NCBI GenBank assembly: GCA_013112585.1
Contig: JABFGH010000016.1
Location: forward strand, 5,330 to 69,329
Direction: 5' to 3'
DNA length: 64,000 bases
Source: Ignavibacteriota bacterium
GTDB lineage: Bacteria > Bacteroidota > Ignavibacteria > Ignavibacteriales > Melioribacteraceae
A program made the position numbers and the translations under genes. The notes beneath the pieces were generated by a model, which did no database searches, was not told the DNA's origin, and worked only from the letters and a program-made list of their open reading frames with translations. Positions 8,913 to 17,318 of this stretch are shown here, one piece after another (position 1 is the first letter of the stretch; each line of letters starts with the position of its first letter).

Positions 8913-9983
8913 ATGAAAATTAAAAAAGTAAGTGCACATCCCGTTGAAATGAAATTGACTGAACCTTACACAATAGCCTATGAAACAGTAAGTTCAACAA
9001 CAAATGTGTTTTTAGTATTAGAAACGAATGAAGGAATAAAAGGCTGCGGCTGTGCGGCGCCTGATATTGAGGTTACGGGCGAATCTGCCGAAACTGTTTT
9101 GTCGGATTGCAGCGAATTTATTGAGCCGGTATTGAAAGGCGTTGACCCGGCAAGGTATATCTATCATTTGGAAAAACTAAAAACCGTTCTGCAAAACTCC
9201 CCATCTGCATTGGCAATGGTAGATATGGCTTTGTACGATATACTTGGTAAAATTGCCGGCTTACCCGTTTATAAATTGCTGGGCGGATTTAGGACTAGAA
9301 TGAAAACAAGTATTACAATTGGAATTCTTCCTGTTAAAGAAACCGTAGCGCGTGCAAAGGGTTTTATTGAGGATGGATTTAAAGTCCTTAAAATAAAAGG
9401 GGGTGCCGATGTTGATGAAGACATTGAAAAGATGATAAAAGTTAGAAAAGCGGTCGGCGAAAAAATTGAAATTCGATTTGATGCTAACCAGGGCTATTCT
9501 GTTTATGAATCATTAAAGTTTGTTGAGGAAACAAGAAAAGTAAAAATAGAATTGCTTGAACAGCCGACTCCTAAAGGGGAATCGGACTTATTAGGCGGAG
9601 TTACAAATAATGTTCCCATTCCCGTTATGGCGGATGAAAGCTTAATGAACCTGCGCGATGCATACAGATTAGCAAGAAAAAATTTGATTGATACAATAAA
9701 TATTAAGTTGATGAAAGTAGGCGGAATAAATGAAGCTATGCAAATTAATTCCGTAGCGAAAGCAGCTAATTTAGAAGTGATGGTCGGCTGTATGGATGAA
9801 TCGGCGCTTGCAATATCGGCGGGGCTTCATTTTGCATTGGCGCGTCCTAATGTAATTTATGCCGATCTTGACGGACACCTTGATTTAATTGGCGATCCGG
9901 CGGATGGCGCGGTGATACTAAAAGATGGTGTTTTGTATCCAACAAACAAACCTGGACTTGGTTTCGAGCCTAAGTTGTTTTAA
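8913..9983 (+). CDS. dipeptide epimerase / N-acylamino-acid racemase-like enolase-superfamily enzyme (MLE subgroup)
   Basis: 356 aa. KIKGG, RFDANQGY, LEQP, MADES and KLMKVGG are metal/acid-base motifs typical of L-Ala-D/L-Glu epimerase-like proteins. Confidence 0.82.
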   Translation: MKIKKVSAHPVEMKLTEPYTIAYETVSSTTNVFLVLETNEGIKGCGCAAPDIEVTGESAETVLSDCSEFIEPVLKGVDPARYIYHLEKLKTVLQNSPSALAMVDMALYDILGKIAGLPVYKLLGGFRTRMKTSITIGILPVKETVARAKGFIEDGFKVLKIKGGADVDEDIEKMIKVRKAVGEKIEIRFDANQGYSVYESLKFVEETRKVKIELLEQPTPKGESDLLGGVTNNVPIPVMADESLMNLRDAYRLARKNLIDTINIKLMKVGGINEAMQINSVAKAANLEVMVGCMDESALAISAGLHFALARPNVIYADLDGHLDLIGDPADGAVILKDGVLYPTNKPGLGFEPKLF

Positions 9984-10019
9984 ATGTTCTTCATCAATAA
10001 AGATTAAATCACCTGACAA

Positions 10020-10190
10020 AATTTTACTATTGGGCTTCGCAAAGCGATCCCTTCGGGAAAAGCCCAGATAAATGTAGTAATTTTAACTCCGCCTTAAAAG
10101 GCGGGGCTACTATTTAACTGATTATTAGACTTGCTCCGTCCTTTAGGGCGGAGGATAAAAACTTCGCAAGAAAAATTGGGTTTTAACCCA
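10020..10190. repeat. cluster of four short GC-rich stem-loops in a 350-bp intergenic region
   Basis: GGGCTT..AAGCCC, CTCCGCC-ttaaaa-GGCGGGG, CTCCGTCC-ttta-GGGCGGAG, GGGTT-tt-AACCC. They are flanked by TTTTACTATT / AATGTAGTAATTTT / GGCTACTATTT motifs that also occur in the attC arms at 16-24 kb. Confidence 0.35.
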
Positions 10191-10334
10191 TAAATGCTAA
10201 TTTGGAGTGTATTGGCTATTATTAACTTTCTTTCAATCAAACTATTTCAATTCTCCCCTAGTGTTACTACATTTGTATTTAATTAGAGCAAATATCTGAA
10301 AGTAATTTTATTTCAATTTTTTTAAGGGAAATAA

Positions 10335-12368
10335 ATGAAATTAAAAAGTTTCGCCAAAGGCGAATGGTTCGAAGGAACAGGAAGTTTTCAAAAATTACAT
10401 AACCCCATAAATGGTGAACTGATTGCCGAGACATCATCCGAAGGGCTTGATATTAAAGGGTTGCTGGAATATGCAAGGAATGTTGGAAGTCCTAATTTAA
10501 GAGAAATGACATTCCATGAACGCGGGAGAATGTTAAAATCACTTGCCCAATATTTAATGGCGCGCAAGGATGAATTTTATCCCCTTTCCTTTCAAACGGG
10601 AGCCACAAAAATTGATTCATGGGTTGATATCGAAGGGGGCATTTCAACTTTGTTTACTTACGCCAGTAAAGGGAGACGTGAACTACCCGATGAAAAAATT
10701 TGGGCAGAAGGAAATATGGAGCCGCTTTCAAAAAATGGAACATTTGTGGGACAGCATGTTTGTGTCCCTCTGCATGGCGCTGCTGTTCATATCAATGCCT
10801 ATAATTTTCCTATTTGGGGAATGCTGGAAAAGCTTTGTCCGACATTCATTGCCGGAATGCCTGTCGTTGTTAAACCCGCTCCTGTTTCATCCCACCTTGC
10901 AGAAAAGATGGTGCGCGTTATTATTGAATCTAAAATTTTACCGGAAGGATCGCTGCAATTAATTTGCGGCGAGCCCCGCGACTTGCTCGATCATTTAACG
11001 AGCCAGGATGTGCTGACTTTTACAGGCTCAGCCGAGACCGGAAGAAAATTAAAATCGCATCCAAATATTATTAACAATTCTGTACGATTTAACATGGAAG
11101 CAGATTCACTTAACTGCACAATTTTGGGTGAAGATGTAAAAGTTGACGATGATGAGTTTAAGCTTTTTGTAAAGGAAGTTGTAAATGAAATGACTTCAAA
11201 AGCAGGACAAAAGTGTACTGCTATTAGACGAACTCTTGTTCCGCAAAATATTTTGGATGAAGCTGTTAATGCAATAAAGGCAAGATTGGAAAAAATTAAT
11301 ATCGGCGATCCTTCAAACGAAGGTATTAGAATGGGTGCGCTCGCTGATAAGCGGTATCTTGAATTAGTTAATGAAAAAGTGGAGATGCTCAAAAATTCTG
11401 CTGATGTAGTTTATGAAGGGAAATCAAACTTTGAAGAATTTAAGGATGGAGCATTTTTCAATCCGGTTTTACTGCAATGCAATAATCCACATGAAACTAA
11501 AACCGTGCATGATATTGAAGCCTTTGGTCCGGTAAACACAGTAATGCCTTACAAATCATTGGATGATGCAGTTGAAATTGCAAAACTCGGGCAGGGCAGT
11601 TTGGTCGCGTCATTGTTCACACGCGATAACGAAATTGCAAAAAAGACTGTTGAAGGAATTGGAGCTTACCATGGAAGAATTGCGATAATAAATAGGGACT
11701 GCGCAAAAGAATCAACCGGGCATGGCTCACCGCTGCCGCATTTAACTCACGGCGGACCCGGAAGAGCGGGCGGCGGTGAAGAGATGGGCGGCATAAGAGG
11801 AATCTTTAAATATATGCAGAGAGTTGCGCTTCAAGGTCATCCTACAACTTTAACAAAAGTATGTAATGAGTTTATTGTCGGCGCAGATCAATCATCCGAT
11901 AAAGTTCATCCTTTTCAAAAATATTTTGAAGAACTTGAAATTGGCGAAACATTAATTACACACCGCCGAACGGTAACTGAGGCTGACATTGTAAACTTTG
12001 CCGGAATAAGCGGCGACTATTTTTACGCCCACATGGATGACATTGCAGCGAAAGAATCAATGTTTGAAAAGAGAGTTGCACATGGATACTTTGTTTTATC
12101 GGCTGCGGCTGGTTTATTTGTGCATCCCGCACCCGGACCGGTACTTGCAAACTATGGTTTAGAAGGACTGCGGTTTACCCAGCCGGTTTATGTTGGAGAT
12201 ACATTTTATGCAAAGCTGACTTGCAAGCGGAAAACTGAAAAGGAAAAAAGAGAAGATGAAGTTGCACAAGGTGTAGTTGAATGGTATGTTGAGGTAGTAA
12301 ATCAAGAAGAAGAGGTAGTTGCTGTTTATACAATTTTAACCTTAGTAAAAAGAAAAGATCAAAATTAA
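10335..12368 (+). CDS. paaZ: bifunctional aldehyde dehydrogenase / MaoC-hydratase (oxepin-CoA hydrolase / 3-oxo-5,6-dehydrosuberyl-CoA semialdehyde dehydrogenase)
   Basis: 677 aa. N-terminal ALDH domain (FTGS..TG, GQKCTA catalytic Cys) fused to a C-terminal MaoC/hotdog domain (AG.SGD....H.D), which is the PaaZ architecture. Confidence 0.85.
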   Translation: MKLKSFAKGEWFEGTGSFQKLHNPINGELIAETSSEGLDIKGLLEYARNVGSPNLREMTFHERGRMLKSLAQYLMARKDEFYPLSFQTGATKIDSWVDIEGGISTLFTYASKGRRELPDEKIWAEGNMEPLSKNGTFVGQHVCVPLHGAAVHINAYNFPIWGMLEKLCPTFIAGMPVVVKPAPVSSHLAEKMVRVIIESKILPEGSLQLICGEPRDLLDHLTSQDVLTFTGSAETGRKLKSHPNIINNSVRFNMEADSLNCTILGEDVKVDDDEFKLFVKEVVNEMTSKAGQKCTAIRRTLVPQNILDEAVNAIKARLEKINIGDPSNEGIRMGALADKRYLELVNEKVEMLKNSADVVYEGKSNFEEFKDGAFFNPVLLQCNNPHETKTVHDIEAFGPVNTVMPYKSLDDAVEIAKLGQGSLVASLFTRDNEIAKKTVEGIGAYHGRIAIINRDCAKESTGHGSPLPHLTHGGPGRAGGGEEMGGIRGIFKYMQRVALQGHPTTLTKVCNEFIVGADQSSDKVHPFQKYFEELEIGETLITHRRTVTEADIVNFAGISGDYFYAHMDDIAAKESMFEKRVAHGYFVLSAAAGLFVHPAPGPVLANYGLEGLRFTQPVYVGDTFYAKLTCKRKTEKEKREDEVAQGVVEWYVEVVNQEEEVVAVYTILTLVKRKDQN

Positions 12369-12380
12369 ATAGGATTGAAA

Positions 12381-13196
12381 ATGAAATCTTTAACAAAATT
12401 ATTTTTTCCTTTAATAGCAGCTTTATTAATTACATCATGTCTCGATGTGCATTATAAAGTAAAACTAAATTCCGATGGATCGGGAACCATTGAAGAAAGA
12501 TTTATGATGGGTAAAGAAATTGTAGAGATGCTCGGTTCATTTGCTTCAATGGGCGATTCTACCGAAACAGAAGGCTTTAACTTATTTGATGAAGAGGAGT
12601 TGAAAAATGAAGCAATGAAAATGGGAGAAGGTGTTGCTTATGTTTCGGGTGAGGCAATTAAGAATGATGGGGCAGAAGGCTACCTGGCGGTTTATAAATT
12701 TGATGACATTAACAAGATCAGCATAAAGCAAGACCCCAGTGAAAAAGTAGATGTACCGGGAATGACAAGCGATGAAGAAGAGAAGAAAGAAGAGTTCACC
12801 TTCAATTTTGTAAAAGGCAATCCCTCTGTATTGAACATTACAATGCCTAAAGATGAAGAATCGGATGAAGCGGAAGAGGAGGTAGAATTTGAATCGAGCG
12901 AGGACAGCAGCAGCGCAGATATGAACAATGAATTTATTGAACTGTTCAAGAGTTTAAGGATAAAGGTTGATATTGAATTTGACGGTGAAATAGTTGAAAC
13001 CGATGCTTCATTTGTTGACGATAATGTTTTAACTCTTTTTGAAATGAATTTTGAAGAGTTGTTTAACCGACCGGAAAGATTAGAAGAACTCAAAAAAATT
13101 AATCCTAAATCACTGAATGAAACTTCGGAACTTTTGAAAGACATACCCGGTTTTAAGTTTGAAATGAAAGAAAAAATTACTGTTAAGTTTGAATAG
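12381..13196 (+). CDS. acidic lipoprotein, unknown function
   Basis: Signal peptide with lipobox LITSC. Glu/Asp-rich middle region. ATG at 12381 lies 6 nt after AGGA and is preferred over TTG at 12375. Confidence 0.6.
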   Translation: MKSLTKLFFPLIAALLITSCLDVHYKVKLNSDGSGTIEERFMMGKEIVEMLGSFASMGDSTETEGFNLFDEEELKNEAMKMGEGVAYVSGEAIKNDGAEGYLAVYKFDDINKISIKQDPSEKVDVPGMTSDEEEKKEEFTFNFVKGNPSVLNITMPKDEESDEAEEEVEFESSEDSSSADMNNEFIELFKSLRIKVDIEFDGEIVETDASFVDDNVLTLFEMNFEELFNRPERLEELKKINPKSLNETSELLKDIPGFKFEMKEKITVKFE

Positions 13197-13399
13197 ATAA
13201 ACTGAACAAATTGTTAATTTTTTAGTCAATGTATGTTGAAAAATAATTTGATTAGTCATTCCGAGTTCGCCTGCAGCAGGTTGGCTTGTTTCGGAACCTT
13301 AAATTTGTAATTTAATTTACTTTTAGAGATTTCTCAGTCGTCAAAATACGACTCCATCGAAATGACAAGTTTTAATATAGTTTTTACGATAGTTGGAAA

Positions 13400-14623
13400 A
13401 TGAAAAAATTTGAAATACCAATAAAATATAAAAGCTCAATAATCAGCCGGATTAAAAGTTTAAGAAAAGATGATGATCCGCGGAAAAATGATTTTAGTCC
13501 GACCAGGCTTGATTTTGGACCCGTTGAATTTTTAATTGCCCGCCATTTTGGTTTTTGCTACGGTGTTGAAAACGCAATTGAAATTGCATACCGCACGATA
13601 GAAGAAAACCCCGGCAAGCGAATATTTTTATTGAGTGAAATGATTCACAATCCCGGTGTGAATGACGACCTGCTTTCGCGCGGCGTAAAATTTATTATGG
13701 ATACCGAGGGGAATCATTTAATTAATTGGGACGAATTAACTTCGGAAGACATTGTTATTGTTCCTGCATTCGGCACTTCTGTTGAAATTGAAAAGAAACT
13801 TAACTCTCTCGGCATTGACTCTTATGCCTTCAACACCACTTGTCCATTTGTAGAAAAAGTTTGGAACCGTGCATCATCACTCGGAAAAAAAGAACACACA
13901 ATTATTATTCACGGAAAACACAAACACGAGGAAACCAGGGCAACGTTTTCACACAGCTCTCAAAATGCGCCTTCGTTAATAGTGCGTGACTTAAATGAGA
14001 CCAAATTTCTCGGTGAAGTAATCCTCGGTAAAAAATCGAAAGAAGAGTTTTATAAATTTTTTGAAGGCAAATATTCTAAGAACTTTAACGTTGATGAAGA
14101 TTTGCTGAAAGTAGGAGTTGTTAATCAAACAACAATGCTGGCAACAGAAACGGAAGAGATAGCTAACTACTTAAAAAAAGTAATGATTGAAAAATATGGC
14201 ATTGAAAATTTGAAAGCTCACTTTGCCGATACGCGTGATACTCTTTGCTACGCTACAAATGATAATCAAAATGCTACCTACGGATTGATGGAAGAAGACG
14301 CTGATTTTGCAATTGTTGTAGGCGGTTATAATAGCTCTAATACAACACACCTGGTTGAATTGCTTGAAGAGAAATTTGAAACATTTTTCATTTCATCGGC
14401 AGATAAAATTATTGACGGCAGCAGAATAAAGCATTTTAATATTCATGATAAAAAGGAAATAATTACAAATGATTTTATTCCTTCTAAATCTAAAATTAAA
14501 ATTACCGTAACAAGCGGTGCATCATGCCCGGATGCTGTAGTTGATGATGTATTAAATAAAGTTTTATCTTTATTCAGCGGTACAAAAAGTATTGAAGAGG
14601 CTGTTAACGATTTACAGAATTAG
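13400..14623 (+). CDS. ispH: 4-hydroxy-3-methylbut-2-enyl diphosphate reductase (long form)
   Basis: 407 aa. GFCYGVENAI, the CPFV and NQTTM motifs and the SSNT segment are typical of IspH/LytB. Confidence 0.88.
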   Translation: MKKFEIPIKYKSSIISRIKSLRKDDDPRKNDFSPTRLDFGPVEFLIARHFGFCYGVENAIEIAYRTIEENPGKRIFLLSEMIHNPGVNDDLLSRGVKFIMDTEGNHLINWDELTSEDIVIVPAFGTSVEIEKKLNSLGIDSYAFNTTCPFVEKVWNRASSLGKKEHTIIIHGKHKHEETRATFSHSSQNAPSLIVRDLNETKFLGEVILGKKSKEEFYKFFEGKYSKNFNVDEDLLKVGVVNQTTMLATETEEIANYLKKVMIEKYGIENLKAHFADTRDTLCYATNDNQNATYGLMEEDADFAIVVGGYNSSNTTHLVELLEEKFETFFISSADKIIDGSRIKHFNIHDKKEIITNDFIPSKSKIKITVTSGASCPDAVVDDVLNKVLSLFSGTKSIEEAVNDLQN

Positions 14624-14765
14624 AATAATATAACACTGCCATTAGTTCATCAAGTAAGCCATTAAACAAGTGCCACAACTTCACACCCTCTGTCATAATT
14701 TCCAGCCATAATTTCTTGAATAATAGAAAGTGCGAAATCATTCGATTTTCAACACTTTTTATTAC

Positions 14766-14781
14766 TGGCATGTCACTTGCA
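14766..14781 (+). promoter_or_regulatory. sigma-54 (-24/-12) type promoter candidate
   Basis: TGGCATGTCACTTGCA has the GG-N10-GC spacing and matches TGGCAY-N5-TTGCA. It lies about 50 nt upstream of the Hsp20-like start at 14832. Confidence 0.5.
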
Positions 14782-14831
14782 TATATAGGCGCAAACAATA
14801 ACCAATACGCAATTAAGCAAGGAGAAATAAA

Positions 14832-15125
14832 ATGTATTTCAGAAATTATAACAACAAAATGTATTCAACAAGAATTAAAGATAATGAAGGTGATGTAGTT
14901 TTGGAATATCCGGTACCGGGATTTGAAAAGAAGGATTTAAATCTTTCAGTTAAGGAAAACTATCTCTTATTAAAAGGCGAAAGCGGCGAATTAAAATTTG
15001 AAGATGCGTTTAGATTAGGAAATAAAATTGATCAGGAAAATATTAACGCCGAGGTTGTGAACGGAGTGCTTGTAGTAAAGCTTAAGAAGTCTTTGCCCGA
15101 TAAAAAAGAGATAGCAATTAACTAA
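14832..15125 (+). CDS. small Hsp20/alpha-crystallin-like protein (short)
   Basis: 97 aa. Pattern VPGF.KKDL...V....L.L.GE...E......F....I...I.A...NGVL.V.L.K. AAGGAG ribosome-binding site lies 7 nt upstream. Confidence 0.7.
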   Translation: MYFRNYNNKMYSTRIKDNEGDVVLEYPVPGFEKKDLNLSVKENYLLLKGESGELKFEDAFRLGNKIDQENINAEVVNGVLVVKLKKSLPDKKEIAIN

Positions 15126-15130
15126 ATGCG

Positions 15131-15156
15131 AAAGCCCCCTTGCGGGGCTTTTTTAT
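15131..15156 (+). terminator. intrinsic terminator
   Basis: AAAGCCCC-cttgc-GGGGCTTTTTTATT immediately after the Hsp20-like stop codon. Confidence 0.7.
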
Positions 15157-15159
15157 TGC

Positions 15160-15448
15160 CTCCACTTTAACCATTCCTTAAAAAATCTACTTTGTTAAAC
15201 TCCTCTTCCACTTGCAGAATTTTATCCGCAATCACTTCTGCACAATTAAAATCGTAATAGTCTTTAAATTTTTTTCGCCATAACTATCTATCAAAATTTA
15301 TTTTTAATTTATCTGCCGGGCTTTTGATTTTATTTATTGAACAGGAATGTCCATGTGGATAAATATTAGTTGCTTCTTATAGTTTGCCGGGAATGATTTT
15401 CAACCTTGAGCTTTTGAATTGATTTTTCTATCAATCTTGTTTCTTCAT
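15160..15448 (-). pseudogene. heavily decayed tyrosine-recombinase (intI-like) N-terminal remnant, copy 1
   Basis: The minus-strand reading MKKQD(frameshift)LIEKSIQKLKVENHSRQTIRSN*YLSTWTFLFNK* aligns with the better-preserved copy at 19080-19493 (TKRQDIIDKFNKQLSIENYSNQTIKNYLSALKLFLDW). It contains multiple stops and frameshifts. Confidence 0.35.
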
Positions 15449-15453
15449 ATATA

Positions 15454-15533
15454 ATATTTTAGATTGGTTGATATAAACAACTAAATTTAACATATAGGCC
15501 CGCTATATACAATGTGTGTATTGGGATGTTGTG
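15454..15533 (+). repeat. attI-like / attC-like segment, copy 1 (about 85% identical to 19497-19578)
   Basis: AATATTTTAGATTGGTTGATATAAACAACTAAATTTAACATATAGGCCCGCTATATACAATGTGTGTATTGGGATGTTGTG. It contains AACAAC ... CTATATAC ... GTTGTG like the attC sites downstream. Confidence 0.5.
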
Positions 15534-15647
15534 CTTAATTTAAACAGAGAGATGCAAATTTCTTAAAGAAAAGATTGGAAAGTGTAAACGAGAAAAAAAC
15601 GGGAATTAATGGGAAATGGATTTCAACTAAAATCATAATTTTGAAAA

Positions 15648-16061
15648 GTGACTTATCAAATGGAATACTTGGGTTCTTGTTTATGCAAAGGAATTAAATT
15701 TAAAGTTATAGGTGACTTTGAGAGTTTTTATTTATGCCATTGCAGATATTGTAGGAAAGACACAGGGTCTGCTCATGCTGCAAATTTGTTTTCCACAGCA
15801 GCTAAACTAGAATGGATAAAAACGGAAACTGAAATTAAAATATTTCAACCACATAAAAGTAACCATGTGAAAGCCTTTTGTACAAATTGTGGTTCAGCTC
15901 TGCCCAATTTACAAATGGACGGTAAACTTTTAGTAGTTCCAGCAGGATGTCTAGATACAAAATTAGAAAAACGACCTTGTGCACATATTTTTATCTCAAA
16001 CAAAGCAAGTTGGGATGATTCGTTGGAAGAAATAAAGAAATTTAAACGATTCCCAGAATAA
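15648..16061 (+). CDS. GFA-family (glutathione-dependent formaldehyde-activating / CENP-V-like) zinc protein; cassette 1
   Basis: Cys pattern C.C......CHC..C.K..G....... and FCTNCGS. ATG at 15660 (MEYLGSCLC) is an alternative to the GTG start. Confidence 0.7.
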   Translation: MTYQMEYLGSCLCKGIKFKVIGDFESFYLCHCRYCRKDTGSAHAANLFSTAAKLEWIKTETEIKIFQPHKSNHVKAFCTNCGSALPNLQMDGKLLVVPAGCLDTKLEKRPCAHIFISNKASWDDSLEEIKKFKRFPE

Positions 16062-16157
16062 GAAATAGATATAAAGAAATTTGCTTCCGTTTTTTGATAT
16101 AAATAGACATTGAGAAACAACTTAATGGAGATTAATCTATTAGTGAAATAAAACTAA

Positions 16158-16286
16158 GCACAACAATGTATAAAAATAATGCCGAGAAGGTAGTAATATT
16201 AAGGGTTGTAGCCCGCTTCAACTTTCTTGTTACTTAACAGGAAAGTGCCGCGCAGTCGGCTACTATTCTTTTACTAAACGTTAACC
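16158..16286 (+). repeat. attC-like site 1
   Basis: GCACAAC-AATGTATAAAAATAATGCCGA ... TCGGCTACTATTCTTTTACTAAAC-GTTAACC. The arms are imperfectly complementary with bulges. Confidence 0.6.
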
Positions 16287-16309
16287 TTCATTAGAAGGAA
16301 GAAAAACCA

Positions 16310-17077
16310 ATGATAAAATTCTTTAGAAAAATTAGACAAAATTTACTTTCAGAAGGTAAAACTGGAAAATATTTGAAGTATGCGATTGGAGAAATTGTTC
16401 TTGTCGTCATTGGAATTCTAATTGCCTTGCAAATTAACAATTGGAACGAGGCAAGAAAAACAAGAACTAAAGAAGTTTCCTATTTGACAAATATTAAGAG
16501 TGATTTAGAATTGACTAATTTAGAAATTGACCAATATATATCCTCTCGAAAGCAACGTGCAATTGCTGCCAATAGTGTCGTTGAGCATTATAATGGAAAA
16601 CCTGTGACAGATTGGAATGAATTTAACAGACATACCATAGATGTATATACTTGGCAAAGGTTTTATCAAATAGATAATACGTTTCAAGAATTAATGAATT
16701 CTGGAAACTTTGAGATAATTTCTAATGATTCAATAAAAAATGGATTGCTTACGGTTGACCAACTCTATAAAAAACTCAAATACACAGAAGACCATTTCCG
16801 ATATGACGCAGAAATTACATTATACGAGCCTTCTTACAGAATGACTGACATTTATTCGCTATCCAATAATTATTTCTATCAAAAATCGAAAGGAAAGGAA
16901 GGTGCTTTAGGAAATTTAACCGAAGATGACTTTAAGGAAATGCTGAATGACCAAACACAAAAGAATGGATTTGCATTTGCAGCAATGTATTTCAAAGGGT
17001 GGAATACGCAACTATTGAATATAAAAGAGAAAAATGAGAAAATTATTGAGTTGATAAATAATGATTTAGAGGAGTGA
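16310..17077 (+). CDS. membrane-anchored protein with conserved N-terminus MIKFFRKIRQ..L (family recalled as DUF6090); cassette 2
   Basis: 255 aa with a single N-terminal TM (IGEIVLVVIGILIALQINNWNE). A paralog lies at 20621. Confidence 0.65.
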   Translation: MIKFFRKIRQNLLSEGKTGKYLKYAIGEIVLVVIGILIALQINNWNEARKTRTKEVSYLTNIKSDLELTNLEIDQYISSRKQRAIAANSVVEHYNGKPVTDWNEFNRHTIDVYTWQRFYQIDNTFQELMNSGNFEIISNDSIKNGLLTVDQLYKKLKYTEDHFRYDAEITLYEPSYRMTDIYSLSNNYFYQKSKGKEGALGNLTEDDFKEMLNDQTQKNGFAFAAMYFKGWNTQLLNIKEKNEKIIELINNDLEE

Positions 17078-17090
17078 AAAAATAACGAAA

Positions 17091-17286
17091 GCACAACAAC
17101 GTATATAGCTCATAGCAAATCAGTTGCTTAATCGAAGTTAAGGCATATTTGGAATGTCGCCAAATTTTTAAATTTGACGATTTCCAATAAAAAAGATAAA
17201 TAGTAAAATTTAAAAATCTAGCTTGTGCTTAATCTGAAAAAATAGCTAATTTACACGCTACGGGCTATATACAAGACCGTTGTGTG
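17091..17286 (+). repeat. attC-like site 2 (long)
   Basis: GCACAACAACGTATATAGC ... GCTATATACAAGACCGTTGTGTG, with an internal palindrome TTGGAATGTCGCCAAATTT..AAATTTGACGATTTCCAA. Confidence 0.55.
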
Positions 17287-17318
17287 TAATTATTAGCTAT
17301 TAAACCAAAATAATAACT

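Noticed and set aside
10570-13144. ORFs 10570-10962 (+), 10991-11392 (-), 11956-12150 (-), 12175-12396 (-) and 12692-13144 (-)
   Set aside because: They are overlapping alternative frames or antisense to paaZ and the acidic lipoprotein gene. The Ser/Leu-rich translations are typical of frames opposite to Glu/Lys-rich genes.
14604-14898. ORFs 14604-14798 (-) and 14716-14898 (+)
   Set aside because: They are short, lack a ribosome-binding site, span the promoter/leader of the Hsp20-like gene and overlap its start. They are better explained as non-coding.
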